A stretch of 64,000 bases of DNA from Bizionia arctica (GCF_014638915.1 NZ_BMFQ01000001.1:817142-881141); one strand, 5' to 3'; shown: positions 50,101 to 60,628, numbered from the stretch's first letter. Numbers and translations are program-made. Notes: generated by a model from the letters alone, not told the origin.

Positions 50101-53100
50101 GTACTTTGTATGGTTCCTTGGATTCCTATTAAATCACCTTCCAGATTAACCAGAACTGTTGCTGATCCTGAACTATTTTGGTTTAAATCGATAATACCAC
50201 CATCTACAATTATATTTCCTTTTACTGTATGTATAAGATTACTAGAACCAACTGCACCAAACGAAAACTTATTTAGTTCTACAATAACGTTTCCTGCAAT
50301 TTCAACATTTGCATTTACATTAGTAAGAAGCACGTTTTTTAGAAATGTATTATTGATAACCGTTAGATTATTACATAGCTTGTGAGTTCCTATTATACCA
50401 ACTAGGTTTAAAGCCTTATCTTCATTGGCCGATGAAGGTGTGAAATTAATAAATAAATTTCCAAAATAATAACCTTCAGAATTTGGAGTAATATCGTTAT
50501 CGCTATCAATTAAATCGTCTTCTCCATTAGTTGAATCATTATCATACTGTCTTATCTCAACCGTTGAGTTTGGTTCGAAGTTTTCAATACCATCAAATAA
50601 ACCATCAGCATTGTTTAATGTACTAGAATTAATAATCAATGTACCTCCATTTTCAACTGTTAAAGTTCCAGTTGGATCGATATCTACAGCAGGGTCTGAA
50701 GCTATAAACTCACCGCCTTCTTTTATTAACAAACTCCCAAAAGTACTGTTGTGTGCATCATCAAAGGATGCGCCACTTTCTACAACCATAGTGGTGTATG
50801 GGGAGGGAGCAGCAAATGAAACTCTCGAAGTTATAGTGTGACGTATAATTAGTAATTCTGTAGTATTTGCTGCTGGAGTAGCAGGATTCCATCCAGCTCC
50901 TGTTAAACGTTCCCAAGTAGCAGTACCGCTTGGCCACGTTCCATTACTTGTAGTTCTATAAGTTCCTGTAGCAACATCTAAAATGTCAAAATTACTAGAT
51001 GTACTAGTATTGCTAAATGCTAAACCTGTAGTTGTAGCAGTTAGGTTTATACCTGTTTGAGAGGTGTTAAACTGAACATTTGAAATTGCTAAATTTCCAG
51101 CCGTTAAAGTATAAGGCGAAAATGCCGTCATGCCAATTCCAGATGTTGTAAGGGCAATGCTTAAAGACTCATCTAAATCGATGTTTCCAAACACATCGTG
51201 AGCCGAAATATTGAAGGTGTTTAAATTTGTATTAACACTCGTGCTTCCCGGTTGTGTTGTGAATGCAATCCTGTCTGCAACAACTTCAATACGGTTTCTA
51301 TTACCAGTTGTGCTTGATGTAGCACCTCCTGCATTTGGGGTTCCAAACACAGATCCAGATGTATTTGCGGTTGCAGAGCTTACAGTAAATTGTAATTGGT
51401 CGTTATCGGTTACAGTGGTTAAAAATGTAACTCGTAAAGATAATGAAGCGGTTCCGTTATCAGCTGCAGTGTATGATAATCCCGAAAAAGAAATAGTATT
51501 TCCTGCAACTGCGCCTGCGTTAGATATTAGCGCGTTTCCATTAAAAAGAGCGGCACTTCTAATATTAGCATTATTAACAACATTAAAAACAATGTCTGTT
51601 AATTCAGTTCCTAAAGCATCCGAATCATTCGTAGCACCTCCATCACGAATATCAAATTTAAAAACATCAATAGATTGACCTGTATTGGTAATGGTTGGTG
51701 CTTGATAAGCAGTATAGTTTATATTAGAATTATAAACAAATGTACTATTTACAATTATGTCTGATGCATTACTATTCGTTCCATTTCCTGTTATATTTAT
51801 TACATAAGGATTTTCATCGGCATCGTTATTAGCAATACTAATGGTACCATTAAAAGCACCTAAAGCATTTGGGGTAAATCGAACGGTAAAAGTTGAAGTT
51901 CCAGAAGATCCCGAAACAGATGTAGAGCTCAATGCTGTTTGCAAACTAAACCCTGTACCATTAATTACTGGTGCATTTAAAGTTAAATCGGCATCACCAG
52001 TATTTTCAATAGTAAACTGAATATCTGTATTGGAGCTAACTAATCGGTTACCAAAATCGTAATTATCACTACCAATAGGAACAGTAGTAGTTGCGTAACT
52101 CGTAGAACCTTGTTTTAAATTCATTTCTGGTGCTGGAGTTGGCTCTCCACAAAAAACTGCTACATCATCAAAATAAAAACTTCCACCACTTCTAGCAGAC
52201 ATGAACCATCTAATATAATAATTTCCAGATAAATTTAAAGCGACTGAGGTTTGAGAATATGAATCTGTAACACTACCAGTATTTGAACCATTTGCAGAAA
52301 TAGTAGAAGTATCCGTCCAGGGTCCTCCAATGTTATTAGAATATTGTATAATCACTGAAAAATTGGAGGTTGATCCTGAAGCTTTATTCCAAAAAGTTAG
52401 AGTAGATGGATTTGATATTACATCTGTTCTTATCCAATCATTATTAGAATTCATACCTGCTTTGTATGTTCCAGTATTTGCATCTCCTCCATTATAATAC
52501 GAACTGTTATTAGCCCAACCACTTGGGTTATTCGTACCACCTTCAAATCCTTCGGTCATACATGGCCCAACATAAACATCCCATTGCGCATATAAAGTCA
52601 CATTTGCTGCGAAACTATATGAAGCTCCATCTGCATATGTAGTTCCACTACCATCCGAAGCTGTGTTCCATTCATCAAAAGTATTGCCAGTGTAAGTGAA
52701 AGTGTTAGCGGTTAAATTGGTGGCAGCACAATTTATTTGTGGAGTCATTGTACCAGTACCACCATTATTATTAAATGTTACGGTATTTCCAGTAGGTGTC
52801 GTCCATTGTGCATATAAAGTGGTGTTTGCTGTAATAGTAAAAGTGTCGTTTAAAATATAAACTGAACCTGACCCATCTGCCACCGTATTCCATCCATCAA
52901 AAGTGCTACATGTTTTTGTTAAAGATCCTGTATTGCCTAAAACCGTAACTGTATCTCCTGAAGTATAAGGGCTACTAGAATCAGTTGGTACACTACCTCC
53001 TGTGCTACCATTCCCATTATATGTGACGGTTGGACCAGCCGGAGCTGCTAATTTATAAAGCTTTAACTTTACTTGATTTGAAGTATAAGCGGCAAAACGT

Positions 53101-53564
53101 GGTGAGCCATTATTCCATTGTAAAATTCTGGAAGGATCATTTACACTGGCTAATGACCATAAACCATCTGTGACCGTAGGTGTCCATCTTTCAGTATTAG
53201 CAACAGTCCCATTGTAAAAAATGGCATTATTGCCTGTAACACCGGATCTACCCCATGAAACATAACCTTCATTTGAATTGTAAATGGTGATAACTCCAGC
53301 AGATACAGTGACAGCAAAAACATTAGCAGCTGTATAGCCAGTAGTAATTGTAGCGCCTGGATTTGTGATGGAAGAAAATTCGATAAACGGAGTAGGTGAT
53401 GCAGTATTTAACATCAAACCATCATTAGAAGTACCATCTCCAACAATTAGATAATTACCATCAGTAAGGTCGCCAATATTTGTAATTTGATTGTAAGTCT
53501 GCCCAAAACCAGACAAAACAAAGCAAAAGATTGCCATTAATACGAGGGAGTATTTTTTTATCAT
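47148..53564 (-). CDS. giant T9SS-secreted cell-surface protein / adhesin (2138 aa) with Listeria-Bacteroides (InlB B-type) repeats, beta-helix-like passenger and T9SS CTD
   Basis: Signal peptide (MIKKYSLVLMAIFCFVLSGFGQ). Two TVT[YF]N-NGGTG…FDEWNT…TLYAQW repeats. Very Thr/Ser/Asn/Gly-rich. C-terminal 100 aa nearly identical to the neighbour and ends in a T9SS sorting domain. Confidence 0.85.
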   Translation of the reverse strand: MIKKYSLVLMAIFCFVLSGFGQTYNQITNIGDLTDGNYLIVGDGTSNDGLMLNTASPTPFIEFSSITNPGATITTGYTAANVFAVTVSAGVITIYNSNEGYVSWGRSGVTGNNAIFYNGTVANTERWTPTVTDGLWSLASVNDPSRILQWNNGSPRFAAYTSNQVKLKLYKLAAPAGPTVTYNGNGSTGGSVPTDSSSPYTSGDTVTVLGNTGSLTKTCSTFDGWNTVADGSGSVYILNDTFTITANTTLYAQWTTPTGNTVTFNNNGGTGTMTPQINCAATNLTANTFTYTGNTFDEWNTASDGSGTTYADGASYSFAANVTLYAQWDVYVGPCMTEGFEGGTNNPSGWANNSSYYNGGDANTGTYKAGMNSNNDWIRTDVISNPSTLTFWNKASGSTSNFSVIIQYSNNIGGPWTDTSTISANGSNTGSVTDSYSQTSVALNLSGNYYIRWFMSARSGGSFYFDDVAVFCGEPTPAPEMNLKQGSTSYATTTVPIGSDNYDFGNRLVSSNTDIQFTIENTGDADLTLNAPVINGTGFSLQTALSSTSVSGSSGTSTFTVRFTPNALGAFNGTISIANNDADENPYVINITGNGTNSNASDIIVNSTFVYNSNINYTAYQAPTITNTGQSIDVFKFDIRDGGATNDSDALGTELTDIVFNVVNNANIRSAALFNGNALISNAGAVAGNTISFSGLSYTAADNGTASLSLRVTFLTTVTDNDQLQFTVSSATANTSGSVFGTPNAGGATSSTTGNRNRIEVVADRIAFTTQPGSTSVNTNLNTFNISAHDVFGNIDLDESLSIALTTSGIGMTAFSPYTLTAGNLAISNVQFNTSQTGINLTATTTGLAFSNTSTSSNFDILDVATGTYRTTSNGTWPSGTATWERLTGAGWNPATPAANTTELLIIRHTITSRVSFAAPSPYTTMVVESGASFDDAHNSTFGSLLIKEGGEFIASDPAVDIDPTGTLTVENGGTLIINSSTLNNADGLFDGIENFEPNSTVEIRQYDNDSTNGEDDLIDSDNDITPNSEGYYFGNLFINFTPSSANEDKALNLVGIIGTHKLCNNLTVINNTFLKNVLLTNVNANVEIAGNVIVELNKFSFGAVGSSNLIHTVKGNIIVDGGIIDLNQNSSGSATVLVNLEGDLIGIQGTIQSTDGDCGIAFTGTALQNIDVADAVPYRNINTYVKNNSDVQLLNNNLKLNNSSTFTVENGGTLNFNWTADGSTPLLISNGGSGSNTFDSDQGSILKITHFDGLVKTTANAGNVQLSVSNKTFSQAASFHYIGKENQVTGDGVSNGSTGKLVYVNLLDNTKTLSLTNNIGIANATTLDPSGGKLEIQKGIVIGSNTGDFYGTGRLVMTDGEYRISTITASPLGNYLPQLNGYGNYSLTGGVVNLNGANAIQILAGAPTYYNLLFSGTNTFSTTPPIPPTPNYKGISSATSVSNAIIISENAIVNVENRSLGATHNPSFTMLDNSRYITDGGGTKPDTSGAYSLSPNTTIEFANFSGAGVVRIGSPLINYANIVVSGFDVSNNSLTTGIHFQTGGTFTVKPYAIFKLLNPAGFNGSNTTAIDSANSPTITLEDESTVEYKGDAQTITDYTPEYKNLTISGTAIKTLGHPTDILIGEDLNMVSSALTINSNNALTVDEGVFVTGGNLTIEDSGSLIQINEFDTNSGPITMRRNASIRKLDYVYWSSPVEGYDVNNVYGTETPIDRIYRWNPTILNPLGTQGNWVTASGETMEKGVGYIVRGPNSYSTTNANITATFNNGKPFNGEINVDVFRGTISGDIDDQWNLIGNPYPSAIDVFAFLNHSSNTVLDGFVNIWTHGNLPSNITVDPFYDNFGSNYTATDYIPYNKTGAGNAPGNIFIAAGQSFMVNLLETSPASSSITFNNSMRDKAYNNDQFYRTFEPERHRIWIDLVSQTQGTNRILVGYVEGATMERDRIYDAITSVASTQNLYSIINNDPFIIQGRALPFIDTDAIPLGVKIVEQGNYHLAIAHIDGLFETDNQTIYLRDNLLGFMHNLTNQPYSFTSEIGEFNSRFEIVFRDSALSINEEEVSASNVTIIEHSNGEVQFTVPSPYQIKSVEIMDLLGRTIYKLKGSSSSETYDLSNLSQATYIAKISLTNGQVISKKAVKRK

Positions 53565-53708
53565 CAGAATATGTTTTAGGGCTTACAAAAAGAGTAAACA
53601 AGTAAATTTACAAAAAAAATCGAAAGATAAATTAGAGTCCTTAACTAGTTTATTAACAAATACATATGTGTGCTTTGTGCGTTGTAATTAGGTAGCATAT
53701 CTTATCGC

Positions 53709-53746
53709 AAAAAAAAAGGGTTTAACTTTTAAAATAGTTAAACCCT
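53709..53746 (-). terminator. rho-independent terminator of the 53771-59650 gene
   Basis: On the minus strand, gggtttaac tattttaaaa gttaaaccc followed by TTTTTTTTT. Confidence 0.6.
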
Positions 53747-53770
53747 TTGATTCGTTTTAATAAGCTAAAC

Positions 53771-56700
53771 TTAATGTCTTTTTACCGCTTTTTTAGTGAT
53801 AGTTTGTCCATTACTTAAAGTTATTTTAGCAAGATAAGTCGCCTGACTTAAGTTAGAAAGATCATAAGTTTCAGAATAACTAGTACCTTTTAACTTGTAA
53901 ATAGGTCTTCCTAATAAATCAATAATCTCAATATGTTTTATTTCGTATGGACTTGGAACCGTAAACTGAACCTCTCCATTTTGATGCTCAATAATCGTTA
54001 CGTTATTTGCATTTAGTTCTTCTTCATGAATGGAAAGAAAAGAGTCTCTGAAAACTATTTCAAAACGATTATTAAATTCTCCTGTTTCGGAAGTGAAGGA
54101 GTAATCGTTGGCGCTTAAATCATGAATAACATTCATTAACATGTCTTTCAAGTAAACAGTGTTTTCTTCAAAAAATAAACCTTCAGAATCTGTTGAAATA
54201 GAATATAAGGTTGCCTCTGGAATTAAAGAGTAAAATCCTAACGGAATCACTTCATCTAAATTCAAGCTATTAACTGCTTTTCCTTGTATAGCTAGTTTTT
54301 TATCAGAATTGTCAGCTACTGTATAAATCATAGCATTTACTTCTGAAGATAAATTTTTAGGAGCATCATAATACATACCATCATAAGTATTTGTAGCTCC
54401 CTCAACATAACCAACTAATATTTGATTGCGAACACCATTATCGCTCCACATATTAACCCAAAGTCTATTTACTTGAGTACTGCTAGAATTTCTAAAGAAC
54501 TGATCGTTATCACCTGTAACACGCATGCTATTTGTAAACGAAACCGTTCCTGTCTTAATATCTCCATTTGTAGAATCTGGAGTTGCCACATCTGAATACG
54601 AAATAAAGAATGCTTGTCCAGAAGGGATAAACCTATTAGGTCTATCTGAGGCATTTATTGTTCCATCATTGTTATTATCTCCTCCTGCAGTTTGACCAGT
54701 GGCATTTATTATAGCATAATCGCTTTGAGCAAAATTTAAGTTTTCATTCCCATTAGCTGTATCCGAAGGCGCTGTGCTTTGAGACCAGAAAAAGATAGCA
54801 CCATTTGTTGTTCCTGTTGGAAATCCTGAAACATCTTGTGCGATAAGGGTATTTGCATCTAAGAATGATTGTGCATCTACAGCTGAGGGATAAGGGTTCC
54901 CTATTAAGTTCCAGTTATTATCACTCATTTCAGAATCATTTCTATAAATAGGCACATCAATATCCCCAGTATTAAAAGCGCCTTCAAAAATGTATTCAAA
55001 TTGGCCTCCTGCACCTGCAATATCAAATCCAATAGGATCATGCATGGCTGCATAACCAACCCCAGGAATCATTAGGTCTCCATTGTCGGTCGCCTGCCAA
55101 TCATCACCATTATCATCAATATCATCCTGCCCATTAACTGTACCATTGTTGTTGTTAGCTTCAGCCGTCTTATCTAAATAGTTTTCAGCATTATACCAAT
55201 AGCGTCTTGTTGGATGTGCTTCCTCTAAACCTCCCCCAACGGTTTCGTCTATTGTAGGAGAACTCCAATAGGTATATTCGTAATAATTATTTAAAGGTGC
55301 TGTTCGTTTATTAAACTTGGAAAAACCGTTTGTATTTAAAGTAAAACTTCCTGCTGTTAACCCATCGCCACGTTGTACAAAACTTCCCTTGTCTTCTACT
55401 AGAATACCGTCATTATCAGTACCGTTTCCTGTTATCTCAACATTATTAATAACTTCAACAAAATATCCTTGAGCAATTGTTAACAAACTTCCTGAAGTAA
55501 CTAGTAATTGACAAGCTGTAAAACTTCCGTTTGTAGAATTAGTGGTATAATCGCCATCTATATTAGTTATTGTATACTGATCGGGAGCACCATTACTCCA
55601 AGCAGTACCATCCCAAGTTGTTATCTTTAATTCAATTTTGGTTGCTTCGCTTGCTGTATAGCAAGTAGCACTATTTTCTCTTACTTGGCAATAAAATTGA
55701 TAATCGTCTAAACCTGTAAGGTTAGCAATATCTAATGTTGCTGTTGTTGCGCCAGAATAAATACCTCCATTTGACACAGCTGTCCAGTTACCAGAAGGGC
55801 CTAAAACATACCATTGATACGCAAGTGCTAAACCGCCTGAAACACCTTCTGATCCTGCAACTGTCAACGATGTTCCAAGGTTAGAACAATCAGCCACATA
55901 TTGTGGGTTACTTATAACTGTAGGTGGTAATTTAACAAGAGGTACTGAACCAACTCCTACTAAGCATTCATCGTCAGCCAAACTTTGTGCAGTCCATTCT
56001 GAAGCATCATAAGTTGTGTTTGGATAAAAATTAGTATTCTTTCTTTTTAAATAATACCCTACATAATTTGGTGCTTCTACATCATCAATAAGCGTAGTTC
56101 CATTCATTAATCTCAAGCCATCATTTGCATTAAAACCAGCGTTACCTAAACTTCCATTTCCTGTAGGTGTGTATCCACAAGCAGAGCTAGTTACCGAAAC
56201 AATAGCTACTGCACCTGATGCAATTGTACCGTTTAGATTTGCATAAGTTACATAACTACCTCCATAATCGCCAGCTCTTTCAATTTTATAACCACCTAAG
56301 TCTACAGAAGCTCCTGTGTTATTATAAATGGTTATTACACCACCAGATCCGCCATTTTCGTCATACACTTCGTAGATAATTAAATTTGATGCATCAGCAC
56401 CACCAACTGCAGTATCGCATGCAGTAAGGTCAATATCAATTACATCAAAAAATTGTGTTGCACTACAACCTGTAGCTAATTGAATCACAAAATTACCATC
56501 ATTAGCTTCGGCAGGAAGCAATACTTCTATAGTGTCTGATGTATTTGAAACAGTAGCAACTGCTATGTTATTATAGGTAATTGTTGCTCCAGTAAGATTG
56601 CTTGTTGCAGAAGTAAAAGTGACTAATGTATTTGCTGGGCCAGAGGTTGGAAAAGTAGTAACCGTTGGATCAGTTAAACAATCACCATTACCTTCAATAG

Positions 56701-59650
56701 TAAATAGATACGGATTTTCATCAGAATCATTACTCTCAATTCTCACTTTTGCAGTTCTTGTACCTGCAACCGTTGGATGAAATTTAATTTTAAAGGTTAC
56801 GTTTGTACCATTTACAACTGGTGTTGTTGCCTGTTGTGTTACAATAAAATCTGTCGGGTTTGTCCCTTCTAATTTAATAATTGGCGTACCTATTAATATT
56901 AAATTTGCTAAACCAATATTTTCTATGGTAAATTCTTTTTCCGCAGAATCTGTGTTTACCTCTGTGCTAGCAAACAACGTATTGTTTAATCCATAAGGAG
57001 CATCAAAACCATTAGGAATAGAAATAGCTCCTCCTTTTACATTAATTTCAGCATTTACAGGTTGTACAACATTAATTGTATAATCTTCTACTTCACCATA
57101 ATCATAAGTTGCACAAGGTGTTAAAGCGATGTCACTATCATCAAAGAAATACTGTGTTGCTACTCTCATTCTAGTGTTTCCAATAGTAGCATTAGTAGGC
57201 ACTGTTATAGAAAGTGGAGAATTACTTGTTAAAATATTTGTTCCAGAATAAGCATCTCCTAAATCATACTCTTCACCACTATCACTAAAATCACCATCTC
57301 TGTTCCAATCTATCCATGCTTTAGTATAGTTTTGATAACCAACTGTATTTACATTTACTGATAAAGTGTAAATATTATTTAACAAAACAGTTGTTGAAAC
57401 AGAAGTATAATCTGTATAAGCACTTTCCCCAGTTGATGTTTGATTGATAGTATTAAATACCACAGAAGTTATTCCTGTAGTATCTGCAACATCTCCAGCA
57501 GAATCACAATAGTCGACACCTGTGGTCTGACAAACCGAAATACCACCACTCCATTGTGTACCAATATTTACCTCTCTTACAAAAACGGTATAGCAATATT
57601 CAACCGCATCTGTTAAACCTGTAACAATAATACTGCTTCCTGTTCCTTTATAAACAACTTGATTTGCTCCTGCATAAACTGGATTTGCTGCATAAGCCGA
57701 ACCGTTTCCTGTTGGTGTTAAAGAAACAGCACCTGCATTGGCAACTACCATATATTCGTAGCATCCAGCAGAATCTGGTACCACATTCCACGACACTGTA
57801 GACGTTGTTGGGTTAATGCTCGCTGCTAAATTGCTAACTTCTGGAACATCAATCGTATAGGTTTGTGTATAAGATGAAGCTACTGAATTATTATTGATAG
57901 CATTTGCCCAACCTGTTCCTGTTTCTCCATTATAAGCAACTACTTTAAAAGTGTATTGCGACGCATTTGTTAAACCAGTTACAGTAGCCGTTGTTCCAGC
58001 ACCTTTGTAAACTGCTTTTCCTAAGGTAGTGTAAGTGGTTGCTGCACTATAATTTGCATTTGCAGTATAACTTGAAGCATTTCCTGCGGAAGTAGCTGCC
58101 ATTTGTGGTATTGTTGTATTGGGCTGTGCAAAAACAATATAACCTGTTGGCGTAGTACCACTAGACGCAGTCCAGCTTAAAGAAACTTGCGTATTTGCAA
58201 TACATGCTTTTAATTGTGTAGCGTTATTTGGTGAAGCATATGTAACACCTACCTCCACAGCTATAGAAGTACCACTATTACCACTACAAGTTACCACACA
58301 ACGGTACCATGTTATTGCATTTACAGTTGCGGTATAAGTTGCGTTTGTTGCACCAATAATATCAGAAAAACCTGCAACAGCGCTAGTTGTAGAACTTTGC
58401 CATTGGTAAGTTGCCCCAGACCCTGTTGTAGTATTTTGTAAAGATAAATTAGTTGTGCCACCAGACACAACAGAAGTTTCGGAAGAAACGGTATTACCTG
58501 GAGTTGGTGTGCCTGTACATGGTGTAGAAGGCGTACAATATATTTCTACATTTCCTAAATGAACTCTCTCGTCTTCATCGGCAAAGAAGCTTAAACTTGG
58601 ATTTGCAGCTACACCTGTAAATGTTAACTCTACCCATTCAAAATCTGAATATGGTAAATCAGTTATGTTTTGGATTTGCCCATCTAACGTAACCCTAAGT
58701 TTTCTTTCAGAAGCACTCCATCCTTTTGCTCTAAATTTTAATGTAACATTACCTGAGGACACTCCTGTTGCAGTAGTCGATACAGTTCCAGAATTACTTC
58801 CCGATGCCAACCTAATTGTAGTAGTTGGGGAACCTCCACTGTCTGTATCTCCACCATATGTACTACCAGATTTAGTAAAATTAGGAGCATGACCTGTGTA
58901 GCAAGGTCCAGTAGTAAGACTTATTACTAAAGTTTCAGTATCTGCACCATAAGCATTTGTTGCTGTAATTGTAACATTAAAAGTTCCTGCTGCTGTAGGT
59001 GTTCCAGAAATTTCTCCTGTTGTTGTATTTATAGATAAACCAGCAGGTAAGCCTGTTGCACCATAACTTGTTGGTGTATTTGTTGCTACAATATCATAAG
59101 TAAAAGCGCCACTTACTATGCCACTTGCAGTTAATGCACTGGTAATAGTTGGTGGTGAAGTAGTAGGTACAGAAGTATACGTTACTTCAAAAGAACTTAT
59201 ATATATTCTATTACTAGAACTACCATCTCTTTGATAAAATTCAACATCAGATGTTGCGCTTAAACCACTCATAGTATAAGTGGTTGAAGCAGTTAAATTT
59301 GCAACAAAAGCACCATCTACTTCATATCCTGCAGGCCCTGTTGTGCCAGATGCATTAACAACAACTTTTGTAATAGTAACGCCATTAGAAGCGTATATTA
59401 TAATAGAACCTCCTTTTGTAGCGTTTTGATATAATCTTAATTGATTGCTAAATATTCCAGGATTAGTACTTGCACTATTTTTAAACGAACCAAAACCTAT
59501 ATTAGCATCTAGGGATATACCAGGAGAATTTTCATCTAAACCAGTTACTGCTCCAGAAGCTAAAAAAGAATAAGTAACAGTTGTCTGCCCATAACCAGAC
59601 AAAACAAAGCATAAAAAGGCCACTAATACGAGGGAGTAATTTTTAATCAT
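53771..59650 (-). CDS. giant T9SS-secreted cell-surface protein / adhesin (1959 aa) with putative-Ig (He_PIG-like), FN3-like and GEVED domains and T9SS CTD
   Basis: Signal peptide (MIKNYSLVLVAFLCFVLSGYGQ). GLPAGLSINTTTGEISGTPTAAGTF (putative Ig). ATYDYGEVEDYTINV (GEVED). C-terminal ~350 aa homologous to the 47148-53564 product. Confidence 0.85.
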   Translation of the reverse strand: MIKNYSLVLVAFLCFVLSGYGQTTVTYSFLASGAVTGLDENSPGISLDANIGFGSFKNSASTNPGIFSNQLRLYQNATKGGSIIIYASNGVTITKVVVNASGTTGPAGYEVDGAFVANLTASTTYTMSGLSATSDVEFYQRDGSSSNRIYISSFEVTYTSVPTTSPPTITSALTASGIVSGAFTYDIVATNTPTSYGATGLPAGLSINTTTGEISGTPTAAGTFNVTITATNAYGADTETLVISLTTGPCYTGHAPNFTKSGSTYGGDTDSGGSPTTTIRLASGSNSGTVSTTATGVSSGNVTLKFRAKGWSASERKLRVTLDGQIQNITDLPYSDFEWVELTFTGVAANPSLSFFADEDERVHLGNVEIYCTPSTPCTGTPTPGNTVSSETSVVSGGTTNLSLQNTTTGSGATYQWQSSTTSAVAGFSDIIGATNATYTATVNAITWYRCVVTCSGNSGTSIAVEVGVTYASPNNATQLKACIANTQVSLSWTASSGTTPTGYIVFAQPNTTIPQMAATSAGNASSYTANANYSAATTYTTLGKAVYKGAGTTATVTGLTNASQYTFKVVAYNGETGTGWANAINNNSVASSYTQTYTIDVPEVSNLAASINPTTSTVSWNVVPDSAGCYEYMVVANAGAVSLTPTGNGSAYAANPVYAGANQVVYKGTGSSIIVTGLTDAVEYCYTVFVREVNIGTQWSGGISVCQTTGVDYCDSAGDVADTTGITSVVFNTINQTSTGESAYTDYTSVSTTVLLNNIYTLSVNVNTVGYQNYTKAWIDWNRDGDFSDSGEEYDLGDAYSGTNILTSNSPLSITVPTNATIGNTRMRVATQYFFDDSDIALTPCATYDYGEVEDYTINVVQPVNAEINVKGGAISIPNGFDAPYGLNNTLFASTEVNTDSAEKEFTIENIGLANLILIGTPIIKLEGTNPTDFIVTQQATTPVVNGTNVTFKIKFHPTVAGTRTAKVRIESNDSDENPYLFTIEGNGDCLTDPTVTTFPTSGPANTLVTFTSATSNLTGATITYNNIAVATVSNTSDTIEVLLPAEANDGNFVIQLATGCSATQFFDVIDIDLTACDTAVGGADASNLIIYEVYDENGGSGGVITIYNNTGASVDLGGYKIERAGDYGGSYVTYANLNGTIASGAVAIVSVTSSACGYTPTGNGSLGNAGFNANDGLRLMNGTTLIDDVEAPNYVGYYLKRKNTNFYPNTTYDASEWTAQSLADDECLVGVGSVPLVKLPPTVISNPQYVADCSNLGTSLTVAGSEGVSGGLALAYQWYVLGPSGNWTAVSNGGIYSGATTATLDIANLTGLDDYQFYCQVRENSATCYTASEATKIELKITTWDGTAWSNGAPDQYTITNIDGDYTTNSTNGSFTACQLLVTSGSLLTIAQGYFVEVINNVEITGNGTDNDGILVEDKGSFVQRGDGLTAGSFTLNTNGFSKFNKRTAPLNNYYEYTYWSSPTIDETVGGGLEEAHPTRRYWYNAENYLDKTAEANNNNGTVNGQDDIDDNGDDWQATDNGDLMIPGVGYAAMHDPIGFDIAGAGGQFEYIFEGAFNTGDIDVPIYRNDSEMSDNNWNLIGNPYPSAVDAQSFLDANTLIAQDVSGFPTGTTNGAIFFWSQSTAPSDTANGNENLNFAQSDYAIINATGQTAGGDNNNDGTINASDRPNRFIPSGQAFFISYSDVATPDSTNGDIKTGTVSFTNSMRVTGDNDQFFRNSSSTQVNRLWVNMWSDNGVRNQILVGYVEGATNTYDGMYYDAPKNLSSEVNAMIYTVADNSDKKLAIQGKAVNSLNLDEVIPLGFYSLIPEATLYSISTDSEGLFFEENTVYLKDMLMNVIHDLSANDYSFTSETGEFNNRFEIVFRDSFLSIHEEELNANNVTIIEHQNGEVQFTVPSPYEIKHIEIIDLLGRPIYKLKGTSYSETYDLSNLSQATYLAKITLSNGQTITKKAVKRH

Positions 59651-59854
59651 TCTATAGGGAGATATTATAATTCTTTGCTAAAATAAGCATTCAAAGGTAT
59701 TTACCTAGAGTTTTTTAATCTACTTTTTGGTGTTACCAATTAATTATGAGTAGGTAACCAGAACATTAACGAAACGTTAAGCGCCTCGATGATGCTTTTA
59801 GACAATCCAAAATAAACCCATATATCTTGTACAAATTGTTATTATCTTGCAACC

Positions 59855-60325
59855 ATGAAATCGGTTAAAACCTATACTCTCGAAGAAGCCAAAAGAACCC
59901 TAGAAAATTACTGTGCCTATCAAGAGCGTTGCCATAAAGAAGTAACTCAAAAATTGTACAACATGCGTATGATTCCAGAGGCCATAGATTTGGTGGTGGT
60001 GCATTTGTTGGAACACGATTTTTTAAACGAAACCCGTTTTGCAAAAGCTTTTGTTCGTGGGAAGTTCCGATTTAAAAAATGGGGTAGAAGACGTTTGGAA
60101 ATAGAATTAAAAAGACGAGATATTGGTCGCTTTAACATCCTGGAAGCCTTTAAAGAAATTTCAGATGCCGAATATTTAAGCACCTTTCACACTCTAGCCG
60201 AAAAAAAAGCAGCCACCATTACAGAAACAAACCCTCTAAAGAAAAAAAAGAAATTAGCCGACTTCTTATTATACCGCGGTTGGGAAAGTCACCTAGTTTA
60301 CGATAAAGTAAACGAGTTATTTTAA
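59855..60325 (+). CDS. recX: recombination regulator RecX
   Basis: RecX three-helix repeats (CAYQERCHKEV…, ETRFAKAFVRGKF…). 156 aa. Confidence 0.8.
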   Translation: MKSVKTYTLEEAKRTLENYCAYQERCHKEVTQKLYNMRMIPEAIDLVVVHLLEHDFLNETRFAKAFVRGKFRFKKWGRRRLEIELKRRDIGRFNILEAFKEISDAEYLSTFHTLAEKKAATITETNPLKKKKKLADFLLYRGWESHLVYDKVNELF

Positions 60326-60490
60326 ACGAATCACATATATGCTTAATGCATAGCTCATGTATGGCTCAAGTATAGCTAATGTATGAAGAGTGTATTAAAA
60401 AAGATAATGGCATAAGTATATCAGGATTTATTCATTAATCTGTATAGTTATTTTAGGACGATTCATGCCTCATAGAGACTCCGTACTAAC

Positions 60491-60530
60491 TCCGTAGTAA
60501 AGCCGTAGTGACTCCGTGTGAAGTAAATTA
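60491..60530. repeat. four direct repeats CCGTA(C/G)T / CCGTGTG spaced exactly 11 bp apart (starts 60491, 60502, 60513, 60524)
   Basis: Read directly: ga-ctCCGTACTaa-ctCCGTAGTaaagCCGTAGTgactCCGTGTG. Confidence 0.6.
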
Positions 60531-60628
60531 AAAAACAAGCCTATACACAAGTCATAATTACCCAAAAAATAGTGTACAGATGCGGTATAAAATAGAGTCA
60601 ATCAAACCAGCAACATATAACCTCACCT

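Noticed and set aside
47826-51678. Multiple plus-strand ORFs (e.g. 47826-48080, 50074-50385, 50611-50841, 51211-51678) inside the giant minus-strand T9SS gene
   Set aside because: They are antisense to a strongly supported 2138-aa CDS. Their Val/Pro/Ala/Thr-rich translations are the typical mirror image of a Thr/Asn/Gly-rich sense strand. No independent start or terminator context.
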